Source: Endomicrobiales bacterium
GTDB lineage: Bacteria; Elusimicrobiota; Endomicrobiia; Endomicrobiales; JALOBY01
Assembly (NCBI GenBank): GCA_963796955.1
Contig: CAWCNJ010000004.1
Coordinates: 32,001 to 96,000, forward strand
Length of the DNA stretch: 64,000 bases
Reading direction: 5' to 3'
The first letter of the stretch is position 1, and each line of letters starts with the position of its first letter. The notes under the pieces are model-generated. The model saw nothing but the letters and a program-made list of their open reading frames with translations. It was not told the origin of the DNA and searched no databases. This document shows positions 30,398 to 39,578 of the stretch, piece by piece. A program made the translations under genes and the position numbers.

Positions 30398-30829
30398 ATG
30401 AACGAAACGAACACCGTTGACCATATTCAACAGGAACTTTCCCTTGCGGAAAACCTGGGCGTAGCGATAATGAACCTGATAAGCCTTGAGGAACATATGT
30501 TCTTCAGCGCGAACAAGACGGGGAAAGACCGCTATTACGGCATGCTTAACGAGGTCCGTGAAATGCGCAAGGAAATGCTCAAAAATATATTGGTAACTTA
30601 TGAAGGGGAGGGCTGGTGCATAGGTAAACATCTGCTCGCTTCATCTATGCGCCTTTTGGAAGTCGGGACAAAAGCCTTGAAAAACGGCGGTACCGCCGAG
30701 GCGAAGCCGTACTTCGCTAAATCCTACAGATTGTTCCAAATGTTCTGGGAGCTGGCCCCCCGGCAAAAAGCGCCTGCTGCCGGGGCACCGGTGTGCGCTG
30801 TAGCTGAAATGAATTGTTGCAAAGAATAA
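30398..30829 (+). CDS. Conserved-looking helical hypothetical protein
   Basis: RBS GGGGG; MNLISLEEH and WCIGKHLL motifs; Cys-rich tail. Confidence 0.75.
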   Translation: MNETNTVDHIQQELSLAENLGVAIMNLISLEEHMFFSANKTGKDRYYGMLNEVREMRKEMLKNILVTYEGEGWCIGKHLLASSMRLLEVGTKALKNGGTAEAKPYFAKSYRLFQMFWELAPRQKAPAAGAPVCAVAEMNCCKE

Positions 30830-30859
30830 AAAAATATTTGAAGAATATGAAGATTTTCA

Positions 30860-30888
30860 TTGTAGAATATCCTGTAATCAAGTACAAT
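30860..30888 (+). promoter_or_regulatory. Possible sigma70 promoter
   Basis: TTGTAG-17bp-TACAAT. Confidence 0.45.
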
Positions 30889-30918
30889 AGCACTTCATGC
30901 CCGTGCGGATGAACATTT

Positions 30919-32010
30919 ATGGATAACAAACCTTTTAAAGAATTGAAGATAGGTGATCTGACGGCCACACTGCCTGTGATACAGGGCGGGATGGGTGTGT
31001 GCGTTTCGCTTTCGGGCCTGGCCGCCGCCGTTGCCAATGAAGGCGGCATCGGCGTGATCGCGACCGCCGTTATCGGCATGTCGGAGCCGGACTACCACAA
31101 AGACCTGGTTGCCGCCGATATCACCGCGCTGCGCCGTGAAATAAGAAAGGCCAGAAGCCTTACTAACGGTATACTGGGTGTCAATATAATGGTAGCCATC
31201 ACCAATTACGCTGCTTTCGTCTGGACCGCCATCGAAGAAGGCATAGATATAATATTTTCGGGCGGGGGCCTGCCGCTGAGCCTGCCTAAGTATGTTACCA
31301 GTTCAACCAAGGTCAAGCTTGTGCCTATAGTCTCTTCTGCAAGAGCAGCCGGTCTTATTGCCCGCCAATGGACGGAAAAATATAACCGCATCCCGGATGC
31401 TGTGGTTGTAGAAGGGCCGCTTGCAGGTGGACACCTCGGCTTTAAGCTTGAAGAGATAGATAACCCGGATTTTGCGCTTGAAAAGCTCGTCCCGGAAGTT
31501 ATCGCCGAGATGAAAAAAGTAAAGCAGGAAGTAGGTCACCATATACCGGTTATCGCCGCCGGCGGCATATATAGCGGCGCTGATATTTACAAATATATGG
31601 ACCAGATCGGCGCTGACGGCGTACAGATGGCGACCAGATTTGTTACCACGGATGAGTGTGATGCCGCGCCTGAGTTTAAACAAGCCTACATCAACGCGAA
31701 AAAAGATGATGTTATGATAATTAAAAGTCCCGTCGGCATGCCCGGGCGCGCAATAAAAGGCGAGTTCCTGGACGATGTATCCAAAGGCATTAAAAAACCC
31801 TTCAAATGCCCCTACCACTGCATTAAAACCTGCGACGTCGTTAACGCCCCCTACTGCATAGGCATGGCCCTGATAAATGCGAAGCGCGGCAAGCTGAAAG
31901 ACGGTTTTGCCTTCGCCGGAGCCAATGTCTACAAAACAGACAAAATAATCCCCGTTAAACAGCTGGTCGCCGCCCTCAAAGAAGAATATACCCAGGCCGC
32001 TTCAAAATAA
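30919..32010 (+). CDS. Nitronate monooxygenase/FabK superfamily flavoprotein with Fe-S cysteine motif (FabX-like)
   Basis: QGGMGV, EGPLAGGHLG, AAGGI, CPYHCIKTC...YCI. Confidence 0.88.
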   Translation: MDNKPFKELKIGDLTATLPVIQGGMGVCVSLSGLAAAVANEGGIGVIATAVIGMSEPDYHKDLVAADITALRREIRKARSLTNGILGVNIMVAITNYAAFVWTAIEEGIDIIFSGGGLPLSLPKYVTSSTKVKLVPIVSSARAAGLIARQWTEKYNRIPDAVVVEGPLAGGHLGFKLEEIDNPDFALEKLVPEVIAEMKKVKQEVGHHIPVIAAGGIYSGADIYKYMDQIGADGVQMATRFVTTDECDAAPEFKQAYINAKKDDVMIIKSPVGMPGRAIKGEFLDDVSKGIKKPFKCPYHCIKTCDVVNAPYCIGMALINAKRGKLKDGFAFAGANVYKTDKIIPVKQLVAALKEEYTQAASK

Positions 32011-32023
32011 TGCCCCAGAAATT

Positions 32024-32052
32024 TTGCAAATACGAAGGTAATTTAGTAGAAT
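32024..32052 (+). promoter_or_regulatory. Possible sigma70 promoter
   Basis: TTGCAA-17bp-TAGAAT. Confidence 0.55.
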
Positions 32053-32102
32053 TATTGCCTTCACTATTTATAATTAATCTTTTGTAAGAGGGGTATACAA
32101 TT

Positions 32103-34600
32103 ATGCAAGCTGTTATCATGGCTGGCGGTTTCGGTACACGGTTGCGCCCGCTCAGCTGCAACATCCCAAAACCCATGGTCCCCATGGTGAACCGTCCTAT
32201 GCTGTTCCACATAATCGAGTTATTGAAAAAACACGGCTTTACCGATCTTACTATGATGTTGTATTTCCAGCCGGACGTGATCACTGAATATTTCGGCGAC
32301 GGCTCGAAGTTCGGCGTAAAGATACGTTACCTGCGCCCCGAAGGCGATCTGGGAACGGCGGGCTCAGTAAAGTTCGCGCAAAAACACATTAACGGCACCT
32401 TCCTGGTCATTTCCGGCGACGTGCTTACCGATTTTGACCTTACTAAAGCCGTTGAATACCATAAACACAAGAAAGCCGCCGCCACCATGATACTTACCCG
32501 CGTGCCCAATCCGCTGCAGTTCGGCGTGGTCATAGCAGGCGCTGACGGAAAAATAGAGCGGTTCCTTGAAAAACCAAGCTGGGGCGAGGTATTCTCCGAC
32601 ACCATTAACACCGGCATTTATGTGCTGGAGCCAAAAGTATTCGATAACGTTCCGGCTGAAAAATCGGTAGACTTCTCAAAAGACCTGTTCCCAGCACTGC
32701 TGAAAGAAGATAAGGGATTGTTCGGCTATACCGCCGAAGGGTATTGGAAGGACGTGGGCAATCTTGACGAATATCGCCTGGGCCATTATGATGTGCTTGA
32801 GAACAAGCTTAAAATAAGCATTGCCGGCCGCGCGGTGAAGGTGGGCGGTAAAGAAATAATGGTCGGCGAAAATACCAAAATAGAGGACGGTGTCGAAGTT
32901 GGCGACAATGTGGTGATAGGCAATGACTGTCACATTCATAAGGGCGCTTTCATAGGCCATTCCGTGTTGGGCGATAATGTGACTATCGGGGCCGGCGCCA
33001 ACATTTATGGTTCCGTATTGTGGAACAACACCTGCATCGGCCGCGAGGCGAGACTGAAAGAAGCGGTGATATCGGAAAACACTACTATCGGCGATAAGGC
33101 GGTTGTGCAGGTCGGCACGGTTGTGGCCGACGGCTGCACTATCGGCGCGGAAGCGGTGATTCGCGCCTACATAAAGTCTGGCCCAATAAGACCGTGGAAG
33201 AAGGGGCGACGCTCTCAACCTCCCTTGTCTGGGGTGAAAAGTGGAATAAGGAATTATTCTCGGCCTACGGCATCACCGGTCTTGCCAATATTGAGATCAC
33301 ACCAGAATTCGCGACGAAAGTCGGCGCGGCATACGGCGCCTACCTCGGTAAAGGCGCCTATATCGTTACCTCCCGCGATCCGCACCCCGCCAGCCGCATG
33401 ATAAAACGCACCATGATCTCCGGCCTTATATCGGCGGGTGTACGCGTCGGTGATCTGCAGACGAACCCGATACCCGTAACCCGCTATGAGATCGGCAAGG
33501 AAGGCGAGAAGGGCGGCATCCATGTGCGCATCTCACCGTTCGATTCAAGGTTGATGGATATCAAGTTCCTCGATGCTACCGGCGCGAATATCTCCATTAA
33601 TCAGGAAAAGTCCATAGAACAGCTTTTCCTGCGCGAAGATTTTAAAAGGGCGAACCTTAATGAAGTCGGCGACATAGCGGTGCCTGCCCGCGCGCAGGAA
33701 TATTACCGCACGGGTTTTTTAAAGGCGATAGACCGTGAAGTTATCATAGCGGCCAATTTAAAAGTAGTGCTGGATTACAGCTATTCATCCGCTTCCATGG
33801 TCTATCCGCCGATATTGGGCGCCCTCGGTACCGATGTCGTGGCGCTGAACGCGTATATAAACCCGGCTAAAATAACCAAGACCGAATCGGAATTCAAACA
33901 TTCCTGCGAGCAGCTATCGGACATCGTTACCACGCTTAAAGCCGACGCCGGCTTCCTGATAGACAACGGTGCCGAAAAAGTTTTTGTCGTTGATGAGAAA
34001 GGCAAGATCCTGCCGGATACGCTGGCGTTGATACTGATAGCGGACCTGGTGATGCGCACCTGCAAAAAGGGAACCATCGCCGTACCGGTATTCGTTTCTT
34101 CCGTGATAGACGAACTGGCTAAAAAGTACGGCATGAAGGTTATCCGCACTCCCGCCAATCCGCGGCAGATCATGGCCGCGGCCCGTGAAAAGGATGTGGT
34201 GTTCGTCGGCGATTGCAACGGCGGCTACATTTTTCCGGAATTCCAGCCGTGCTTCGACGCGATGTACGGTATCGCCAAGATTCTGGAAATGATGGCTAAA
34301 GAAAAGATACATATGAACCGCCTCAGCCGCGAAATACCGTCGTTCGAAGTATTGCACAAAAAAGTGCCCTGCGCCTGGGACAAAAAAGGCCAGACCATGC
34401 GCGCCTGCCTGGAAGAAGCGAAGGGCAAGAAATCCGAACTGATAGACGGGGTAAAAATATTCGTAAAGAACGGCTGGGTACTGATGCTGCCCGATCCCGA
34501 CGAAGCGGTCTTTCACATCTGGGCCGAATCTGACGACGAGAAAACCGCAAAAGAGCTTTTGCACGAATACGCCGCGAAAGTAAAGAGCTGGCAGGCGTAA
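32103..34600 (+). CDS. Mannose-1-phosphate guanylyltransferase fused to hexapeptide and PMM-like domains (frameshift at A-run 33173-33175)
   Basis: MAGGFGTRLRPL, EKP, WKDVG; one extra A restores IKVWPNKTVEEGA and joins ORFs 32103 and 33194. Confidence 0.9.
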
Positions 34601-34616
34601 AGACAGAGGAATTATC

Positions 34617-36050
34617 ATGATAACATTCGGCACATCGGGCTGGCGGGGGATCATTGCAGAAGATTTTACTTTTGAGAACGTCCGCCGCGTTACGCAGGCT
34701 ATAGCTGAATATGTGCTGGCGCATACGGACAAGGGTGGCGAGCTTTCTGTGGTCGTCGGTTATGATACGCGCTTCCATTCAGAGAATTTCGCCCTGGAAA
34801 CCTCCCGGGTGCTTGCCGGCAACGGTATTACGGCCTTGCTTTGCAAACGCGATACTCCGACACCGGTGATCGCGTATGAGATACTGCGCCGCAAGGCGGC
34901 CGGCGGGATAAATTTCACTGCCAGTCACAATCCTCCGCTGTATAACGGTATCAAATTCTCGCCTGCCTGGGGCGGACCTGCATTGCCCGAAACCACCCGG
35001 GCGATAGAGGCGCGCGTTAACGGGAAAGAACCGTTAGTGGTAAAGGTCGCTAACACTGACGAAGCGGTTAAAGCCGGTTTGATAAAATATATCGATCCGC
35101 GCCCGACGTACCTTAAGCGCATCAAGGAACTGGTGGACGTTAAGGCGATCAAAAAAGCAAAACTGCACGTGGTCTCTGATGTGCTTTACGGAACGGGCAC
35201 CGGCTATCTGGATGCCGCGCTTGAAAGCGCCGGCGTCAGCCAGAAAGTGCTGCACAACTGGCGCGACGTTATGTTCGGCGGGGCGGCCCCGGAGCCGAAT
35301 CAACAGAACCTTAAGGAACTTGCCGGGATAGTAAAGAAAGAAGCCAGCAATCTCGGCGTCGCGACCGACGGCGACGGCGACCGGTTCGGGTTCATAGATT
35401 CGGACGGCAGTTTCATAAACCCCAACCAGACGCTGGCCGTGCTGCTGTACCATATGATAAAGAACCGCGGCGTAAAAAGCGGCGTGGTGGCCCGCTCGGT
35501 CATGACCACGCACCTGCTGGATAAGCTCGCCAAAAAATTCGGCCTGGCATTGAAGGAAACGCCGGTCGGTTTTAAATATATCGGCGAGATCCTGGTAGAC
35601 GAAGGCAAGAACTTCATTATCGGCGGCGAAGAGTCCGGCGGCCTTACCATCGGCGGCCATGTTCCGGAAAAAGACGGTATACTCGCCTGCATGCTGATGG
35701 CGGAAATGACGGCGATGTCCAAGAAACCCATAAAGAAAATGCTTGCCGAGATAGAAAAGCTGGTAGGAACGGTATTGAGCGAGCGGTTGAATTTCCACCT
35801 TTCCGCGGACGAGATGGATTCCTTCCGCGCCCGTCTGAAAGGGCCGCATCCTGCGGAATTCGCCGGTATAAAGGTTGCCAACCTGATAACGATCGACGGC
35901 TATAAATACGTTCTCGAGGACGGTTCGTGGCTCGGTATGCGTTTGTCGGGCACGGAGCCCGTCGTGCGCCTGTACGTTGAAGCCGATAGCGCGGCCAAGA
36001 TCAAGAAGCTTATTGCATCGGGGAATAAATTCGTTAAAGCGGGTGCCTAG
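34617..36050 (+). CDS. Phosphoglucomutase/phosphomannomutase
   Basis: FGTSGWRG, TASHNP, DGDGDR, GEESGG. Confidence 0.96.
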   Translation: MITFGTSGWRGIIAEDFTFENVRRVTQAIAEYVLAHTDKGGELSVVVGYDTRFHSENFALETSRVLAGNGITALLCKRDTPTPVIAYEILRRKAAGGINFTASHNPPLYNGIKFSPAWGGPALPETTRAIEARVNGKEPLVVKVANTDEAVKAGLIKYIDPRPTYLKRIKELVDVKAIKKAKLHVVSDVLYGTGTGYLDAALESAGVSQKVLHNWRDVMFGGAAPEPNQQNLKELAGIVKKEASNLGVATDGDGDRFGFIDSDGSFINPNQTLAVLLYHMIKNRGVKSGVVARSVMTTHLLDKLAKKFGLALKETPVGFKYIGEILVDEGKNFIIGGEESGGLTIGGHVPEKDGILACMLMAEMTAMSKKPIKKMLAEIEKLVGTVLSERLNFHLSADEMDSFRARLKGPHPAEFAGIKVANLITIDGYKYVLEDGSWLGMRLSGTEPVVRLYVEADSAAKIKKLIASGNKFVKAGA

Positions 36051-36051
36051 C

Positions 36052-36702
36052 ATGTTCAAGCTTAAATCATCGTTCCGTGAGTATTTCCTTGCGGGCCTTA
36101 TCGCTTTGCTTCCCCTGTGGCTGACCCTGACGATCGTCTGGATACTGTTCAAATGGGTCAGCAATATCTCCATGCCGGTATTGTTCCCGATGTTCCATAT
36201 GCTCTTCAGGCACGATCAAGTCGGGTTGATGATCCGTGTATTCAGTTTCATAGTGACCATAGTTCTGATCTGCGTCGTGGGCATAATAGCCACCGATCTT
36301 ATAGGCAAACGGGTGTTGATAGCCCTTGAAAGCGTTCTGATCAAGGTGCCGTTCGTCAAGGATATTTATCTTTCGGTGCGCAAGCTGGTACAGTTCCTGT
36401 TCATCAGCAAACGCACGTTCCGCCAGGTGGTAGCAATTGAATTCCCGCGCCACGGCCTCTACACTATCGGTTTCATCATGATGGACGCGCCCGGCGAGAT
36501 ACAGAGAAAAACGGCCAAGACGCTGGTAAATGTTTTTGTGCCCCATACGCCGAATCCTACCGGCGGATTTCTTCTGCACGTAACCCCCGATCAGCTGATA
36601 CCGCTGGACATGTCGGTTGACGAAGCCCTTAAAATGGTCATTTCGGGCGGTATCATTGTCCCTGAGGATCGTAGTGATACGGGCATTGTGAACGCATCAT
36701 AA
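36052..36702 (+). CDS. DUF502 membrane protein
   Basis: FLAGL, VAIEFPR, FVPHTPNPTGG; start at ATG 36052. Confidence 0.9.
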   Translation: MFKLKSSFREYFLAGLIALLPLWLTLTIVWILFKWVSNISMPVLFPMFHMLFRHDQVGLMIRVFSFIVTIVLICVVGIIATDLIGKRVLIALESVLIKVPFVKDIYLSVRKLVQFLFISKRTFRQVVAIEFPRHGLYTIGFIMMDAPGEIQRKTAKTLVNVFVPHTPNPTGGFLLHVTPDQLIPLDMSVDEALKMVISGGIIVPEDRSDTGIVNAS

Positions 36703-36720
36703 CAAGCTGACAAAGGCTCT

Positions 36721-38328
36721 ATGAACACTCTCTCAGCCGAAAAGCTCAAGAACCTGCTTGAAGCGAACAGGATACTTTCCTCTACCCTGGATTATCATAC
36801 GCTGCTGCGGCGCATGATAAGCCTGGCGGCGGAAGTGGTGGACGCCGAGACCGCCTCCGTGCTGCTGTACGATGAAGAAAAAAAAGACCTTCATTTTGAT
36901 GTGGCGCTCAGTGAGAATGAAGGAGCCCTGCAAACCATCCGTATCCCGCTCGGCACAGGGGTGGCCGGCTGGGTAGCGCGGGAACGTGTACCGCAGATCG
37001 TCAATGACGCGCCGTCCAACCCCCACTGGCTGAAAACAGCCGACCAAAAAACCAGTTTCAAAACCCGCTCGATCATCGCCGTGCCTCTTCTTTTCAAGGA
37101 CACCCTGCTTGGCGTGGTGGAGGCTGTCAACAAAAAAACCGGGACGTTCAACAATGCCGATCTTGAGCTTTTCAGCGCCTTCGCGGCTCAAGCCGCCGTT
37201 GCCATAGAGAATGCCAGGCTTATTAACGGGCTGAAGGAAGAAAAAGAAAAGATGCAGACGGTTTTCGCGCAGATGACCGACGGTGCTGTTTTCGTCGATA
37301 TGTCGGGCCGCAGCGTGCTGGTGAATAACGCTGCCCGGCAATTGCTGGGCAATAGACATGCTCCCGATGCATCGGCCGGGGAACAGGAGACGCTGGAAAA
37401 TATATTCTCCGGTTATATCGCGACGCCTGCTATCAAAGATATTATCACGTCACCGGAACAATTAATACCCGTTGAATTTGCAAGGAAAGGTGGAAAAGCC
37501 TTGTTGCTGGCCGGTCTTGCGAACCGGATATTCGACGGTGATGCAAAGCCCATAGGCGTGCTGGTGATCTTCCGGGATATGACCGCGGTCAAACGGGAAG
37601 AAATGGTAAAACGCGATTTCCTCTCGCTGATAAGCCACAAGCTTAAAACGCCGCTCGTCGCCATAACGGGTTACGGTCCGCTGCTTTTGGGCGACAGTGA
37701 ACTGGGTGAGAAGTATAAAAAGATAATCGCCAGCATCCACCGGCAGGGAATGCTGCTCTCGTCGCTGGTAGATAAATTGCTCTATTACACCATGATAGAA
37801 AGCGGCACGCTGACGCTGGCGCTGACCCGGGTGAATATGAACGCTCTTGTCGTGCGTTCCCTCTTCGAGCTCAAGGCGTACCTGGACGAGCGCCACGCAG
37901 CGGTAGTCGTGCACCCCGATGTAGGCCTGCTTCCCGACCTTTTTATTGACGGTGAAAAGATCGGGGCGGTGATCCGCAATTTCGTGGAGAACGCAGTAAA
38001 ATTCAACGGCTGCGCGGAAAAGAAAGTTGAGATCACGGTTCGCCAGGAACGTACGGACACCGGCAAAATGTACGGGCTTTCCGTGCTGGATAACGGGCCC
38101 GGTATACCGCCTGAAGAACGCAGCAAAATATTCGATAAATTTTATCAAATAGAAGAATCTTTCACCGGACAGGTTGAGGGAGCAGGCCTGGGCCTGGCGT
38201 TGGTAAAACAGGTAGTGGAAGCCCACGGCGGTGTGGTGGGTGTGGAGAACGCGCCCTCAGGCGGCTCACTATTCTATTTCCTGCTGCCTTCCGGCAGAGG
38301 AGATGATCAAGAGGCTCTATGTCAATAA
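36721..38328 (+). CDS. GAF-PAS sensor histidine kinase (orphan; atypical H-box SHKLKTP)
   Basis: GAF (GVAGWV...NK), PAS-like segment, NAVKF, DNGPGI, GAGLGL. Confidence 0.92.
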   Translation: MNTLSAEKLKNLLEANRILSSTLDYHTLLRRMISLAAEVVDAETASVLLYDEEKKDLHFDVALSENEGALQTIRIPLGTGVAGWVARERVPQIVNDAPSNPHWLKTADQKTSFKTRSIIAVPLLFKDTLLGVVEAVNKKTGTFNNADLELFSAFAAQAAVAIENARLINGLKEEKEKMQTVFAQMTDGAVFVDMSGRSVLVNNAARQLLGNRHAPDASAGEQETLENIFSGYIATPAIKDIITSPEQLIPVEFARKGGKALLLAGLANRIFDGDAKPIGVLVIFRDMTAVKREEMVKRDFLSLISHKLKTPLVAITGYGPLLLGDSELGEKYKKIIASIHRQGMLLSSLVDKLLYYTMIESGTLTLALTRVNMNALVVRSLFELKAYLDERHAAVVVHPDVGLLPDLFIDGEKIGAVIRNFVENAVKFNGCAEKKVEITVRQERTDTGKMYGLSVLDNGPGIPPEERSKIFDKFYQIEESFTGQVEGAGLGLALVKQVVEAHGGVVGVENAPSGGSLFYFLLPSGRGDDQEALCQ

Positions 38329-39578
38329 AATACACGGCGCCGAGAGGCACGCACGACCTGTGGGGCAGGGAAGCCGCTAAACTACAGCTGCTGGAGCAAT
38401 TATCACGCGATATCTTCTCGCGCTACGGTTTCAGCGAAGTTCGTTTCCCCACCTTTGAAGATGCGGCGCTTTTTACCCGTTCCATCGGCGAAGCGACCGA
38501 CATCATCGAAAAAGAGATGTACGTGTTCAAGGACCGTAAAGGGCGCGACCTCGCCCTGCGCCCGGAAGGGACGGCCAGCGCGGTGCGCCTCTATGTGGAG
38601 CATGTGCTTGGGCAATACGATCCGGTCAATAAATATTTTTATACCGGATCAATGTTCCGCTATGAACGCCCCCAGGCGGGCCGCTACCGGGAATTCTTTC
38701 AAATAGGCGCCGAGCATTTCGGCAACCCCGCGCCTGCGGCGGACGCTGAAATGATATTGCTTGCCCGTGATGTGCTGGCGCAGGCAGGCATAGAGGATAT
38801 GAAGATACATCTGCATACCATCGGCTGCGCGGAGTGCCGCCCCGCATTCCGTAAGGCTTTAACGGACTATATAGCGACGTGCGGCGCCCTGTGCGGGGAT
38901 TGCACCCGCCGCAGCGTCAACAATCCCCTGAGAGTACTGGATTGTAAAATAGACGGTCCGCGTCTGGGGGACCACCCGAAAATGGAATCATACCTGTGCC
39001 CTGATTGCGCGGCGCATTTTTCCGGCGTACAAAAATTGCTGATAGCTGCATCCTGTGATTATACTGTGGACCCGAAACTCGTCCGGGGTTTAGATTATTA
39101 TACCCGCACCATATTTGAGGTGCGTTCAGGTTCGCTGGGTTCACAAGACGCGGTTGCGGCAGGCGGACGCTATGACAATCTTATTGCAGAGATAGGCGGG
39201 CCGGCGACGCCGGCGGTAGGTTTCGCCCTCGGATCTGAACGGGTCATGATCGCTTCTAAAACATTGGACGAACGGCTTACCAGGGAACAGGGCCGGCGTA
39301 TTTTCGTGGCTGTTGCCGGTGAAAATATGGAGGCTGAAGCCTTCAAGTTCTGTTGCGAGCTGAGGCGTGCCGGCAAAGCCGTTGTCGAAGGTCCTTACGC
39401 GGGCAAAAGTTTAAAAAGTCAGATGAAACTTGCCGATAAGATAGCGGCTTCCACCGTCGTGCTGTTCGCACAGGAAGAGTTCGCGCGCGGGAAGATGCTG
39501 GTCCGCGATATGAAGACGCAACAACAGACCGAAATGACCGTGGTTGAATTCTTGAGGGACGCCGGGGAAAGGCCATGA
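38319..39578 (+). CDS. hisS: Histidine-tRNA ligase
   Basis: PRGT, LRPEGTA, FRYERPQ, RGLDYY, GGRYD. Confidence 0.98.
   Translation: MSIKYTAPRGTHDLWGREAAKLQLLEQLSRDIFSRYGFSEVRFPTFEDAALFTRSIGEATDIIEKEMYVFKDRKGRDLALRPEGTASAVRLYVEHVLGQYDPVNKYFYTGSMFRYERPQAGRYREFFQIGAEHFGNPAPAADAEMILLARDVLAQAGIEDMKIHLHTIGCAECRPAFRKALTDYIATCGALCGDCTRRSVNNPLRVLDCKIDGPRLGDHPKMESYLCPDCAAHFSGVQKLLIAASCDYTVDPKLVRGLDYYTRTIFEVRSGSLGSQDAVAAGGRYDNLIAEIGGPATPAVGFALGSERVMIASKTLDERLTREQGRRIFVAVAGENMEAEAFKFCCELRRAGKAVVEGPYAGKSLKSQMKLADKIAASTVVLFAQEEFARGKMLVRDMKTQQQTEMTVVEFLRDAGERP

Noticed and set aside
30008..30631. 207-aa minus-strand ORF
   Set aside because: Antisense to the MGMT and hypothetical genes, which have RBSs and motifs
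35034..36173. Long antisense ORFs (379 aa here; also 44927..45877, 52396..53463, 33914..34732)
   Set aside because: Shadows of well-supported genes on the opposite strand; no recognisable motifs
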